In this document: positions 16,421-26,199 of the stretch, in pieces
Layout of the letters: the number at the start of each line of letters is the position of its first letter
Numbering within the stretch: position 1 is the stretch's first letter
NCBI GenBank assembly: GCA_034520885.1
Contig: JAXHNE010000003.1
Span: 22,073-86,072, forward strand
Direction: 5' to 3'
Length of the DNA: 64,000 nucleotides
From: Candidatus Saccharimonadota bacterium
GTDB taxonomy: Bacteria; Patescibacteriota; Saccharimonadia; Saccharimonadales; JAXHNE01
Notes under the pieces: model-generated
Seen by the model: the letters and a program-made list of their open reading frames with translations, nothing else
The model's database searches: none
Told to the model about the DNA's origin: nothing
Program-made: the position numbers and the translations under genes

Positions 16421-16780
16421 GTCTTTCTTGATTCTTATCTATTTAAACCGTTTCCGAGTGAATTAAATGCGCACCTTCACGAATGCGTACATACGCACCG
16501 GAAGAATGTTGCAGGTAATTTGATGGATTCGGTTCATCACGTAGACAATCCTACTCTGGTAAAAAAACCTTGTCAAGTGCAAATTTTTGTACTATGGTGT
16601 GAATATTATGGCATTTAACCAATTGCGAAACTTGCTACTACTTCTCGGCCTTCGCGGGTCGTGCTTCGCAATGGTTGAAGCCGAGATCTCTTAAGAAAAA
16701 CAAAAAGATCTTGAAGACACGACCGATACAGCAAAGGCTTCAACTGTCTACGTATTAATTAAGTAAACAGGAGCTATGAA

Positions 16781-17050
16781 GTGAAGTTTGAATATGATCG
16801 ATGCGGAATACCCGAGGACGTTGATGTAGAATGGAGAGCAGTGCGCGTGGAGAATAACGACCCTGGAAGAGTGGCTCATTTTGAAGCAAGGATCCCAGAA
16901 GGTAGGCCTATTCCACACGAAGAAGCAGTACGCAAAGAGAGTGCAGAAATTCATCAACGTCGTGTTGAGGCTGATATTGTAGCTGGTGAGGAAGTTTCAG
17001 CTGAGCAAGTTGGCGTCGGTTCCATTGCCTCTCGAGTTTATGGTTCATAA
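16781..17050 (+). CDS. hypothetical protein (89 aa, GTG start)
   Basis: AGGAG RBS 7 nt upstream; no motif recognised. Confidence 0.35.
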   Translation: MKFEYDRCGIPEDVDVEWRAVRVENNDPGRVAHFEARIPEGRPIPHEEAVRKESAEIHQRRVEADIVAGEEVSAEQVGVGSIASRVYGS

Positions 17051-17051
17051 C

Positions 17052-17079
17052 TTGACAAATTAAAACAACGGCGTACTAT
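17052..17079 (+). promoter_or_regulatory. sigma70-like promoter
   Basis: TTGACA, 16-nt spacer, TACTAT. Confidence 0.4.
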
Positions 17080-17085
17080 TTTTGG

Positions 17086-17195
17086 TATGACTCTAGCGAG
17101 CACTATCATTATTACGATTGATGGAGCACACCCGAGCGGGCGCTAGGTTTATATTTGTCAAAAAAAACGAAACGGCCCCGCAAGGGGTCGTTTTT
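17086..17195 (+). ncRNA. candidate small RNA (promoter-to-terminator unit of about 110 nt)
   Basis: Bounded by the promoter at 17052-17079 and the terminator at 17173-17195; contains no ORF. Confidence 0.25.
17173..17195 (+). terminator. intrinsic terminator
   Basis: CGGCCCC-GCAA-GGGGTCG stem with a GCAA tetraloop, followed by TTTTT; an A-run precedes it. Confidence 0.6.
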
Positions 17196-17215
17196 AGTGA
17201 GAAAGGAAATAAGTT

Positions 17216-17728
17216 ATGACAACTGTACTCCCATCATCAAGAGAAGTATTAGAGAGTCAAGACCCTGGAGACTTCAAGGTAAAACAAAAAACACCAACCG
17301 AAAGATTGCTAGAAGACGATCCCATGCTGATTTTTAAATTGACGAAGCTAGCGGGTTTGGCAGGTTTTCGTGTTGAACCCACGAGAAACAACGACGGCAT
17401 GTCTAAACAGCAGCGACACGGCCAAAACGAACACAGGAGAAAATACGCGCAGGTTAGCTCCGTAACGGACCGAGTTCATGAAAGACTTGAGGGGTTTGCG
17501 TTATCGGACGACCAAATGGATCAGATCCGTCAGTTTGAAAACGGTTTTTTTCCAGCGGGCTGCGATTTTGACGATAAGGAACGTGAAACGGTGAGAAGTG
17601 GGGCCGAAAATGACGAGTTCTTGGCCTTGAGCTACGAATACTTGCCAGAGCCACAATTAGAACCGCGGGTAAATAAGTCGATTTCACACGCGGCACGGTT
17701 GGCGATAATCAATCAACACAGTGATTAA
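17216..17728 (+). CDS. hypothetical protein (170 aa)
   Basis: GAAAGGAAA RBS; no motif recognised. Confidence 0.45.
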   Translation: MTTVLPSSREVLESQDPGDFKVKQKTPTERLLEDDPMLIFKLTKLAGLAGFRVEPTRNNDGMSKQQRHGQNEHRRKYAQVSSVTDRVHERLEGFALSDDQMDQIRQFENGFFPAGCDFDDKERETVRSGAENDEFLALSYEYLPEPQLEPRVNKSISHAARLAIINQHSD

Positions 17729-17882
17729 GCGTTGATTAATAAGCGATTTTTTGCTACACTCACGATGTTACCAAAGACAGCGACCGTCTTTAGGACTTAA
17801 TCCGCCGAATGGCGAAGTCGCCGAGGAATAACTAGTGATTAGGGCTTAGGGTCTAGGATCTAGATTATGCAAGAACTTGATA

Positions 17883-17912
17883 AGTCTTTGGGTTACACCA
17901 AAGGCTTTTTTT
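17883..17912 (+). terminator. intrinsic terminator/attenuator upstream of rplJ
   Basis: AGTCTTTGG-GTTACA-CCAAAGGCT (9 bp including one G-U pair), followed by T7. Confidence 0.55.
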
Positions 17913-17925
17913 ATGGTAACGAATA

Positions 17926-17990
17926 GTGCAAAGAATGTTTGGTCGATCTTCTTTGCACGCAGCTCGTAGTTCCTACGAAATATGAGCTGC
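17926..17990 (+). promoter_or_regulatory. structured rplJ 5' leader (possible L10 autoregulatory leader)
   Basis: Hairpins GTGCAAAGAA...TTCTTTGCAC and GCAGCTC...GAGCTGC directly upstream of rplJ. Confidence 0.3.
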
Positions 17991-18024
17991 TAAATACTAA
18001 ATACGAAACTCCAAAGGAGTTTAA

Positions 18025-18549
18025 ATGGCTTTAACTAAAGCAAAAAAGAAGGAAGTCGTTGAGGAAGTCTCTCAGCTTTTGAAAGATTCCAAGATGACGA
18101 TCATTGCTTCTTACCAAGGAACGCCCGTGAAGGCCATGCAAGCGCTTCGTGCGCAAGGCAGGGAAAACGGAACGGAGCTTAAGGTGATCAAGAACCGTTT
18201 GGTTATCCAGGCGCTAAAAGACACCGACTCCCATAAGGACGCCGATACGTCCGCACTGGAAGGTATGTTGTTATACGCTTTTAACGAGGGTGATGAAGTC
18301 GCTCCCGCGCAAACCATTGCCAATTTTGCCAAAAAGCAAAAGACGCTGCAGTTCGTCGGAGCGTACACCGCGGACGGAAAGTTTCTTCCGGCGGATGAAG
18401 TACGCGAACTTTCCGAATTGCCAAGCCAAACCCAGTTGATCGCACAAGTGATGAGCACGCTTTCGTCACCGCTGGACGGTTCAATCAGCGGATTGGCCGA
18501 TGGACTATCGGGAATTCTTTCCGGGTTAGAAGAAAAAGCGGCGAACTAA
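18025..18549 (+). CDS. rplJ: 50S ribosomal protein L10
   Basis: MALTKAKKKEVVEEVSQLLKDSKMTIIASYQGTPVKAMQALR...; followed by rplL. Confidence 0.95.
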   Translation: MALTKAKKKEVVEEVSQLLKDSKMTIIASYQGTPVKAMQALRAQGRENGTELKVIKNRLVIQALKDTDSHKDADTSALEGMLLYAFNEGDEVAPAQTIANFAKKQKTLQFVGAYTADGKFLPADEVRELSELPSQTQLIAQVMSTLSSPLDGSISGLADGLSGILSGLEEKAAN

Positions 18550-18655
18550 GTTCGCATGTAAAACGTCCAAAGTTTAAAGTTCAAAGAATCCATGAGCTTC
18601 ATAACTTTCTACTTTTAAACATTTAACTAGTAATTTTCACGAAAGGAAAATTTCA

Positions 18656-19042
18656 ATGGCAACTGATTTAAAGAAATTAGCCGAGCAACTGACAGGACTT
18701 ACCGTTCTGGAAGTAAACGAACTAAAGAACATCCTAAAAGACGAATACGGCATTGAGCCGGCCGCTGCCCCCGTAGCAGTCGCTGGTGCTCCCGCTGCCG
18801 GCGGTGAAGACGAAGGCGGTGAGGAAGAAAAGAGCGAATACGACGTCGTTCTGAAGGACGCCGGCGCTCAAAAGGTCGCCGTTATCAAGGCCGTCAAAGA
18901 CATGACCGGTCTCGGACTCGGTGAAGCCAAGGCTATCGTTGATGGCGCACCAAAGGCCGTCAAGGAAAAGGCTCCGAAAGAAGAAGCCGAAGAAGCCAAG
19001 AAGACGCTCGAAGAAGCCGGAGCTACAGTCGAGTTAGGATAA
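18656..19042 (+). CDS. rplL: 50S ribosomal protein L7/L12
   Basis: Ala/Pro hinge and C-terminal domain [29 protein letters not shown]. Confidence 0.95.
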   Translation: MATDLKKLAEQLTGLTVLEVNELKNILKDEYGIEPAAAPVAVAGAPAAGGEDEGGEEEKSEYDVVLKDAGAQKVAVIKAVKDMTGLGLGEAKAIVDGAPKAVKEKAPKEEAEEAKKTLEEAGATVELG

Positions 19043-19195
19043 CTCGACTAGGCGTAGATCCCGCCGCATTTCTGAGTGGAGCGATAAGCAATCTGATCGT
19101 GAAACTTCACGAAATGCAGCGGTGACCGGAGCGACCGTAGAACTAGCGTAGCTAGTTCAGCAACTAGTAACTAGAAATTAGGAACTAGCCAAAAA

Positions 19196-19221
19196 CCGCT
19201 CGGAAACCCCGGGCGGTTTTT
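19196..19221 (+). terminator. intrinsic terminator after rplL
   Basis: CCGCTCGG-AAACC-CCGGGCGG, followed by TTTTT. Confidence 0.6.
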
Positions 19222-19367
19222 ATATTATTCGATTATGAAGCGGAATATCACCACGTGTGCCGTTATTTATCCACAGGTTTGGTGTCTGTTTTGACTTCTC
19301 TGAGAAAAGGTGATAGTTTTATGTCAGAAGTGTGCCAAATAAAAACACTTTGAGAGAGACGAATAAA

Positions 19368-19880
19368 ATGGCAGACATTCCAGACAAACAGATAAAACGC
19401 CTGAAAGCTCTAATTCAAGAATCAGAGACATCCTTGGCAGCGGCCAAAGAATTGTTATTGAGTTTGGTCGGTGAAGAACCGGTAGCAGAGAAGCTCTCCG
19501 AAGAAGAACAGCAAACCGGAAAGATCATTGAAGGTGTATTTGACGGCCAAAATATGGTCGGATCGGACGGCAAAACCTATCCCGTTCCGGCGAACTATGC
19601 CAGCAAATCCAAGCTCGTCCAGGGTGACATTTTGAAACTGACTATCGCGGACGACGGGTCATTCATGTACAAGCAAATCGGTCCGATTCCCCGTAAACAG
19701 GTTGTCGGTGAACTGGTGCAGGAAAACGGCCATTATTACGTAAAAGTCGGTGACCGCGACTACCGTGTTCTGCTCGCCAGCGTAACGTACTTTAAAGCCA
19801 AGCCGGGCGATCAGGTGAGCGTGAATATTCCGGAAGATGATGCCCACGCGGAATGGGCAGCTTTGGAAGCAGCGCTTTAG
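19368..19880 (+). CDS. hypothetical protein (170 aa)
   Basis: Start at MADIPDK; no motif recognised. Confidence 0.5.
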   Translation: MADIPDKQIKRLKALIQESETSLAAAKELLLSLVGEEPVAEKLSEEEQQTGKIIEGVFDGQNMVGSDGKTYPVPANYASKSKLVQGDILKLTIADDGSFMYKQIGPIPRKQVVGELVQENGHYYVKVGDRDYRVLLASVTYFKAKPGDQVSVNIPEDDAHAEWAALEAAL

Positions 19881-20109
19881 CGCAGCTTCCAATTTTCAAT
19901 TTTCAAGTCTCAATTTTCAAACGCAGCGTTTAAATTCTTCTTGTGGTTTGTTCGAAGAAACTCGCAACTTAAAACGCAGTAAAAAAACCTTGAAGAATAT
20001 GAAGTTGTTGCTGTTGTTTTGACCTGGAATCGCGTGCCGTAGAACGTTATAATTGGGCAAGCAAAGGAGGTTGGCTAGTTTCTATTTTCTCGTTGCTAGT
20101 TACTAATAT

Positions 20110-21639
20110 ATGGGGCAAGCACTATACCGGCGTTATCGGTCGAAAAATCTTGGCGAAATTGTCGGCCAGGAACACATTACGCGCACGTTGGATAACACCA
20201 TAAAACGCGGCGCGGTCGGTCATGCGTACCTGCTTACCGGACCGCACGGGGTCGGGAAAACCAGTATCGCTCGTATTTTGGCGCATGAAATTAACGAATT
20301 ACCGTATGAAACCGAGCAAGTTCACCTGGACATCATTGAAATTGACGCCGCCAGTAACCGACGAATCGATGAAATTCGTGATTTACGCGACAAAGTGCAT
20401 ATCGCACCCACCAGCGCCAAGTATAAAGTGTATATCATCGACGAAGTCCACATGCTCACCAAGGAGGCGTTCAACGCGCTTCTAAAAACATTGGAAGAGC
20501 CGCCCAAGCACGTGATCTTTATATTGGCGACGACCGACGTGCACAAACTACCCGAAACGATTATTAGCCGCACACAACACTTTACTTTCCGCCCCATTCC
20601 GGCGGCCAAGATCGTAAGTCACCTGGAAGAGATCGCCAAAAACGAAAACGTGGCAATAGATAAAGAGGCGTTGGAGCTAATCGCGGAGCATGGCAACGGG
20701 TCGTTTCGCGACAGTATCGGTTTACTGGAGCAAGCGTCCAGGCTCTCCGACAAGGTGACCGGCGAGCAAGTGCGGGAGATGATCGGCGCGCCGCCGAAAG
20801 AGCTGGTGAGCGAACTGGTCGATCTGCTCCGTGAGGGCGATCCGAGGCAACTGGTCAATAAACTGGAGGCTTTGAGCGTTCAGGGGTATTTGGCGGAAGA
20901 AATTGCCCACCAAATGAGCGGACAACTGCGTGAGAGCGTGCTGGCCGGAGACACTCAGCAGCATGAGGAGATGATCTCGCTGATTGCCGAATTGATTGAA
21001 GTTCCCGCTTCGCGTGATCCGGAAACCTTGCTGGAGGTGACCTTGCTAAAACACTGTGTGCCGAGTAAAAGTTCCGCGCCGGCGCGAGTCGCGAAAAGCT
21101 CGGTGAGCGCCGATCCGAAACCGCCACAAACGCCGCCAAAACCATCCGAGCCGAGCAAGTCACGATCCACGAAAGCGGAGGCACAAAAAAACAAACAAGA
21201 AAAATCCGAAAAATCCCGAACTCCTAAAAAAACGAAGCAAGAGCCTAAAGAACAAAAAAAACCCGAGCAACCGGCTCCACCGACGGACGCGCAGTTAAAT
21301 GACGAAGCTTGGGAGCAAACCTTGGCCAAACTAAAAACCTCCCATTCGACGTTGTATAGCATTGCTCGCATGGCGACGTTTCGCACCAACGGAACATCGG
21401 TGACTCTGGCATTTAAGTTTCCTTTTCATAAAAAACGCATGGAAACCGCCAAGAACAAAGCGTTATTACAAGAATTACTACACGGCTACAGCGGTATTTC
21501 CGCGGAAATTACCTGCGAGGTATTGGAAAAACAACCCGAACGAGAAAACTACACTCCTGCCCCGGCGCAGCCGGTTGATAACGGATCCCTGGAAGCCGTA
21601 AGCAATATCTTCGGTGGCGGAGAAGTGCTAGAATCGTAA
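20110..21639 (+). CDS. dnaX: DNA polymerase III subunit gamma/tau
   Basis: YRSKNLGEIVGQEHI, Walker A GPHGVGKTS, IDEVHML, SRTQHF; Lys/Pro/Glu-rich linker. Confidence 0.9.
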   Translation: MGQALYRRYRSKNLGEIVGQEHITRTLDNTIKRGAVGHAYLLTGPHGVGKTSIARILAHEINELPYETEQVHLDIIEIDAASNRRIDEIRDLRDKVHIAPTSAKYKVYIIDEVHMLTKEAFNALLKTLEEPPKHVIFILATTDVHKLPETIISRTQHFTFRPIPAAKIVSHLEEIAKNENVAIDKEALELIAEHGNGSFRDSIGLLEQASRLSDKVTGEQVREMIGAPPKELVSELVDLLREGDPRQLVNKLEALSVQGYLAEEIAHQMSGQLRESVLAGDTQQHEEMISLIAELIEVPASRDPETLLEVTLLKHCVPSKSSAPARVAKSSVSADPKPPQTPPKPSEPSKSRSTKAEAQKNKQEKSEKSRTPKKTKQEPKEQKKPEQPAPPTDAQLNDEAWEQTLAKLKTSHSTLYSIARMATFRTNGTSVTLAFKFPFHKKRMETAKNKALLQELLHGYSGISAEITCEVLEKQPERENYTPAPAQPVDNGSLEAVSNIFGGGEVLES

Positions 21640-21667
21640 AGAAGAGATTCGAGCGAAGGGAGAATAC

Positions 21668-23026
21668 GTGCCACCGAACCAACCGAACATACCGCCACAA
21701 AACGCGGAAGCCGAAGCTTCGCTACTCGGCGCTATTTTGCTGGATCCCGACGCCATCGTAAAAATCGCGGATACCGTGTCCGCCGATGATTTTTACGAAG
21801 AGAGGCATCGGCACATTTTTACCGCCATTCGTTCCTTGTACGAAAAACACAGCCCCATTGACGTGCTTACGTTAAGTGACGAACTGAAATCCACCGGTTT
21901 TTTGGATACCGTGGGCGGTGCTTCGTACCTTACCGAGCTTACCAACTTCGTGCCGACGGCCGCCCACGTGGAGCGATACGCCCAAATCGTTTCGCAAAAG
22001 GCCACTCGCCGCCGCCTCATTAAGGTTTCACAGGATATTACCGGTTTGGGGTATGACGAAAACCAAAGCTTGCAGGCCTTGATTGAAGCCGCGGAATCCA
22101 AACTATTCGAAGTAAGCCAAACGCATATCAAGCAAGATGTCACCAGCCTGGAGGAAATTCTAAGCGACAGCTTTGAGCGGTTGGATGATTTACACCGCGA
22201 CAAAGGAAAAATCCGCGGCGTCCCCACCGGATTCAAAGATTTGGATAACATTTTGGCCGGCCTGCAGCGCAGTGACTTGTTCGTGCTGGCCGCCCGACCG
22301 TCCATGGGAAAAACCGCTTTGGCGCTTAACTTGGCACATAACGTGGCGGTAAAATCCGAACTGCCGGTACTGCTGTTCAGCCTGGAAATGAGCAAAGAAC
22401 AACTGGTTGATCGCATGCTATCCATGGAATCCGGCGTGGATGCCTGGGCACTTCGCACCGGGAACTTATCGGATAGTGATTTTGAAAAGATCGGGCACGC
22501 CATGGGGACGCTTTCCGAAGCCCAGATTTACATTGACGACACGCCCGGCATAACCGTCAGCGAAATGCGTACCAAAGCCCGGCGTGAAGCGCACCAACGC
22601 CCCCTGGGATTGATTATCGTGGACTACCTGCAGCTTATGAGCGGAGGTGTGCGTTTTTCCGGTGAAAGCAACCGGGTTCAGGAAATTTCGGAAATTTCCC
22701 GCGGCTTAAAAGGCATCGCCCGGGAACTGAACGTGCCGCTGGTATCACTCAGCCAGTTGAGCCGTTCCGTGGAAAGCCGTCATCCACAAATTCCCCAACT
22801 CGCCGACTTGCGTGAATCCGGATCCATCGAACAGGACGCCGATGTCGTGGCCTTTATTTACCGCGAGGAATACTATAATCCGGAAACCGAGCGGCGCAAT
22901 ATTACCGACATCTTAGTCAAAAAGCATCGAAACGGGCCGACCGGTGGCGTAGAATTATACTTTGATCAGGAAAAGCAACGATTCCGCAGCCTGGATACCA
23001 AACATAGTACGCCATTCGCACAGTAA
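21668..23026 (+). CDS. dnaB: replicative DNA helicase DnaB
   Basis: PQNAEAEASLLGAILLD, Walker A ARPSMGKTA, IVDYLQLM, SQLSR, DADVV. Confidence 0.95.
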   Translation: MPPNQPNIPPQNAEAEASLLGAILLDPDAIVKIADTVSADDFYEERHRHIFTAIRSLYEKHSPIDVLTLSDELKSTGFLDTVGGASYLTELTNFVPTAAHVERYAQIVSQKATRRRLIKVSQDITGLGYDENQSLQALIEAAESKLFEVSQTHIKQDVTSLEEILSDSFERLDDLHRDKGKIRGVPTGFKDLDNILAGLQRSDLFVLAARPSMGKTALALNLAHNVAVKSELPVLLFSLEMSKEQLVDRMLSMESGVDAWALRTGNLSDSDFEKIGHAMGTLSEAQIYIDDTPGITVSEMRTKARREAHQRPLGLIIVDYLQLMSGGVRFSGESNRVQEISEISRGLKGIARELNVPLVSLSQLSRSVESRHPQIPQLADLRESGSIEQDADVVAFIYREEYYNPETERRNITDILVKKHRNGPTGGVELYFDQEKQRFRSLDTKHSTPFAQ

Positions 23027-23057
23027 CGCTTATGTTTATGTATAATACGCATAGGAA

Positions 23058-24245
23058 ATGACAAAACCCAAGATAAGCACCGTGATTAGGGATAGGTGGC
23101 AGTCGGTAGTACTGGCGCTCGTCGCGTTAGTGGGGCTTTTTGGCGTGTTCTTTTATCAATTCGGGACGATCGCCCCGAGCGTACGCCCGGAAGAACTGAA
23201 CGTTTTGGGAAGCGGCCTGAGCGATATTTTGCGTTCGCCGCTACATTTGCACCAGCAAATCGTACAAAAAGTCGCCACGCTTTTGGGCGCCAGTGACTTG
23301 TTGGCCGTGAGGCTCACGCCGGCTATCAACGCCGTTATCAGCGTGGGAGCGTTTTACTTGATCGTTCGTTCCTGGTTTACCCGTCGAATCGCATTGATGG
23401 GCAGCGCGCTGTTTTTGTCTTCCTCATGGTTGCTACATACCGCGCGCATGGGAACGACGGACGCCAACTACTTGCTGATCGTGGTTCCGGTGCTGGCACT
23501 TACCATGTTATTAAAGAATAAATTTTCTTTGCGCGGTAGTATACTTTTGCTGCTTAGCGGAATCGTACTTTTGTACGTTCCGGGGTTCATCTGGTTAGTG
23601 GTTCCGGCTCTTATACTCCGGCGCAAACTAATAATTGATAGCGTTCGGGTTTTGCCGCCGTGGGCAATCGGTCTCGTTTCGCTGTGCGTGGTATTCGGGT
23701 TACTCCCGCTCGTTGTGGCCGCAACTGCCGACCCGCGTTTTTTGTGGGAGATTACCGGTCTTCCCAGTGATTTTTCGCGGCTATCCGAAGTTCCGGCCTC
23801 TCTCGTGGAAGGCCTAAAAGCGCTATTTGTTGCCCGGGAGTTCAATCCATTGTTCGGGATAGGCACGTTGGCGTATCTGAACATTGCTACCATGGCTTTG
23901 ATAGTTTTGGGCATGGCGCAATCGTACCGCGAAAGGCGGCTCGAGCGGAACAAAGCCCTGGCCATTATTTGTCTGGTGGGTGTCGTGTTACACGGGCTCA
24001 GCCTCGGGGCGATCTCCTTGGCGTTCGTGATGCCGTTTTTATTCATGTACGCCACCAAAGGATTGGCCTATCTACTGCAAAATTGGCGGGCGGTATTCCC
24101 GAAAAATTTCCTTGCCGAAAAACTGGCGGTCGTGGCGTTAATAGCCGTACTGGTAGGCATTGGCACGTACGAAACCATCCGCTATTTCGAAGCGTGGCCG
24201 CATTCCGACGGCTACGCGGAAATTTTTAAAACCACTGACACGTGA
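23058..24245 (+). CDS. polytopic membrane protein (possibly GT-C/ArnT-like glycosyltransferase)
   Basis: More than 8 predicted TM helices; the function call rests on topology only. Confidence 0.4.
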   Translation: MTKPKISTVIRDRWQSVVLALVALVGLFGVFFYQFGTIAPSVRPEELNVLGSGLSDILRSPLHLHQQIVQKVATLLGASDLLAVRLTPAINAVISVGAFYLIVRSWFTRRIALMGSALFLSSSWLLHTARMGTTDANYLLIVVPVLALTMLLKNKFSLRGSILLLLSGIVLLYVPGFIWLVVPALILRRKLIIDSVRVLPPWAIGLVSLCVVFGLLPLVVAATADPRFLWEITGLPSDFSRLSEVPASLVEGLKALFVAREFNPLFGIGTLAYLNIATMALIVLGMAQSYRERRLERNKALAIICLVGVVLHGLSLGAISLAFVMPFLFMYATKGLAYLLQNWRAVFPKNFLAEKLAVVALIAVLVGIGTYETIRYFEAWPHSDGYAEIFKTTDT

Positions 24246-24280
24246 CATCTGTTACAATGGAACAATGAATATAAGGAGGA

Positions 24281-24577
24281 ATGATGGGTAAATTCGATCA
24301 GGCCAAAACGCTCATGCAGGCCAAGAAGTTGCAAAAAGAACTAAAAAAGATGGTCATAGAAGTGGAAAAAGGTGAGGGAGCCGTAAAGGTTGCCATTACC
24401 GGCGAGCAAAAAATTAAAAAAATCAGTATCGATCCCGAATCGGTCAACTTGGATGACATCAGTGAACTGGAACGATGGGTCGAAGAAGCCGTAAAAGAGG
24501 CGATCGCCGAAAGCCAAAAAGTCGCGGCCGAGAAAATGCAGCCCATGATGGGTATGCTCGGCGACCTTGGAATGTAA
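24281..24577 (+). CDS. ybaB: nucleoid-associated protein YbaB/EbfC
   Basis: 98 aa; KKLQKELKKM...GEGAVKVAITGEQKIKKISIDPE; located upstream of recR as usual. Confidence 0.85.
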   Translation: MMGKFDQAKTLMQAKKLQKELKKMVIEVEKGEGAVKVAITGEQKIKKISIDPESVNLDDISELERWVEEAVKEAIAESQKVAAEKMQPMMGMLGDLGM

Positions 24578-24586
24578 GGCGGACTC

Positions 24587-25192
24587 ATGTCGGTTTTGCC
24601 GCCCGCACTACAAAAAACCATTGAAGCGCTCGGATCTTTGCCGGGCGTCGGGCCGCGCACTGCCGAACGTTACGCGTATCATTTGCTAAAAGGGCATGAA
24701 AGCAAAGCCCAAGACATTGCCAAACGGTTGCAATCTTTGCACGAAGGTATCGATTACTGCCAAAAAACCTTCGCTTTGGTGGAAAAAGGGCAAAAGCTTT
24801 CGCCGCTGTACACTGATACCAGCCGGGATAAAACCCTGGTCGCGGTAGTGGCCGAACCTTTCGACGTGGTAGCACTGGAAAACGCGCACGGATTCAGCGG
24901 CACGTACCACGTACTCGGCGGACTTATTTCCCCGATAGACGGCATCGGGCCGGAGCATCTGCACATTAAGGAGTTGATCGAGCGGGTCAACCAAGACGGA
25001 GTCAAGGAGATCATTCTGGCGACCAACGCCAGCGTGGAAGGCGAATCCACGGCACTTTACATTCAAAAGCAGCTTGATGGCCTTGAGGTTAAGATTTCAC
25101 GTTTGGCACGCGGATTGCCGGTCGGGATCGACCTGGAATATGCCGATCAAGTTACCTTGAGCCGCGCCCTTGAGGGAAGGACACGCGTGTGA
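24587..25192 (+). CDS. recR: recombination protein RecR (zinc-finger cysteines mostly absent)
   Basis: HhH LPGVGPRTAERYAYHLL and a Toprim domain. Only one Cys remains where CxxC...CxxC is expected. Confidence 0.9.
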   Translation: MSVLPPALQKTIEALGSLPGVGPRTAERYAYHLLKGHESKAQDIAKRLQSLHEGIDYCQKTFALVEKGQKLSPLYTDTSRDKTLVAVVAEPFDVVALENAHGFSGTYHVLGGLISPIDGIGPEHLHIKELIERVNQDGVKEIILATNASVEGESTALYIQKQLDGLEVKISRLARGLPVGIDLEYADQVTLSRALEGRTRV

Positions 25193-26199
25193 TTTCCAGC
25201 GATAACGTTACCCGGATACGCTCAATTATCGAGGCCGCCAATCACGTTTTGGTGATTCAGGCCGATAATCCCGACGCGGACAGCTTGGGCTCGGCGCTGG
25301 CACTGGAAGAACTATTAGAAGAACAAGGAAAACGCGTCACACTTTATTGCGGGGTAAACATCCCGGGTTACCTGGGTTATGTGGAAGGATACGACCGCGT
25401 TACCGGGGAAGTGCCGCGATCTTTCGATGCCGGCGTCATCGTTGACGCCTCTACCACCACGTTGCTACAAAAATTACAAGAAGGCGGCGAGCTGTCCTGG
25501 GTGGCCGCCAAACCGTGCATCGTGCTGGATCACCACGAAAGCGTGCAGAACGTTATTGATTTTGCCGAAGTAAGCGTAGTGCACCCCGAAGCGGCCTCTA
25601 CCGGAGTAATTATTACCGAGCTGGCTAGAAAGCTGGGGTGGAAAGTAACACCCGTCGCCGCGGTCGCTCTTATGGTCTCCGTTCTGGGCGACACCCAAGG
25701 ATTGACCAACAATCTGGCTTCCGCGGATACGTACCGGGATATGGCGGAACTGATTGAAGCCGGCGCGGATCGCCCCGCGTTGGAAGAAAAACGCCGTGCC
25801 CAATCCAAGATGACCCGCGACATTCTGGCCTACAAAGCCACGTTGATTCAAAAAGTCGTATTTTCGGCGGAAAACCGGGTTGCCAGCGTTGTTGTTCCCC
25901 AGGACGAAATCGTTACTTATAGCCCGCAATATAACCCCGCACCGCTGATACAAGGAGATTTACTGCAAACCGAGGACGTACGCGTAGCGATCGTATTCAA
26001 GGTGTACGATAACGGCCGTGTGACCGGATCGATCCGCTGCAATAACACCGCGCCGATTGCTAACACTTTGGCGGAAGCGTTTGGCGGCGGCGGCCATCCT
26101 TTTGCCGCCGGATTTAAACGGGAAGACGTGTCCGATCCCCAAAAACTCGTCGACGAAGTACGCGCCAAAGCAACGAAGTTACTGGGGAATGAATCATGA
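25189..26199 (+). CDS. DHH-family phosphoesterase (NrnA-like)
   Basis: DADSLGS, VLDHHES and GGGGHPFAAGF motifs. Confidence 0.8.
   Translation: MISSDNVTRIRSIIEAANHVLVIQADNPDADSLGSALALEELLEEQGKRVTLYCGVNIPGYLGYVEGYDRVTGEVPRSFDAGVIVDASTTTLLQKLQEGGELSWVAAKPCIVLDHHESVQNVIDFAEVSVVHPEAASTGVIITELARKLGWKVTPVAAVALMVSVLGDTQGLTNNLASADTYRDMAELIEAGADRPALEEKRRAQSKMTRDILAYKATLIQKVVFSAENRVASVVVPQDEIVTYSPQYNPAPLIQGDLLQTEDVRVAIVFKVYDNGRVTGSIRCNNTAPIANTLAEAFGGGGHPFAAGFKREDVSDPQKLVDEVRAKATKLLGNES

Noticed and set aside
19043-19195. A long imperfect hairpin in the rplL 3' UTR (CCGCCGCATTTC...GAAATGCAGCGG), considered as a distinct ncRNA.
   Set aside because: It lies between the rplL stop and its terminator, so it is most simply part of the 3' UTR. 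There is no independent promoter.
21180-21270. A-runs (A7-A8) in the dnaX linker, considered as a possible frameshift or transcriptional-slippage site producing a short gamma form.
   Set aside because: There is no downstream stimulatory structure or nearby out-of-frame stop that I could establish. A Lys-rich linker explains the A-runs.
21793-22503. A 236-aa ORF antisense to dnaB. Similar long antisense ORFs occur at 1150-1584, 9786-10280, 23468-24058, 25474-25953, 26340-26846 and 52479-53186.
   Set aside because: These are shadow ORFs opposite well-supported genes. Their compositions are Ser/Arg/Pro-rich and they carry no motifs.
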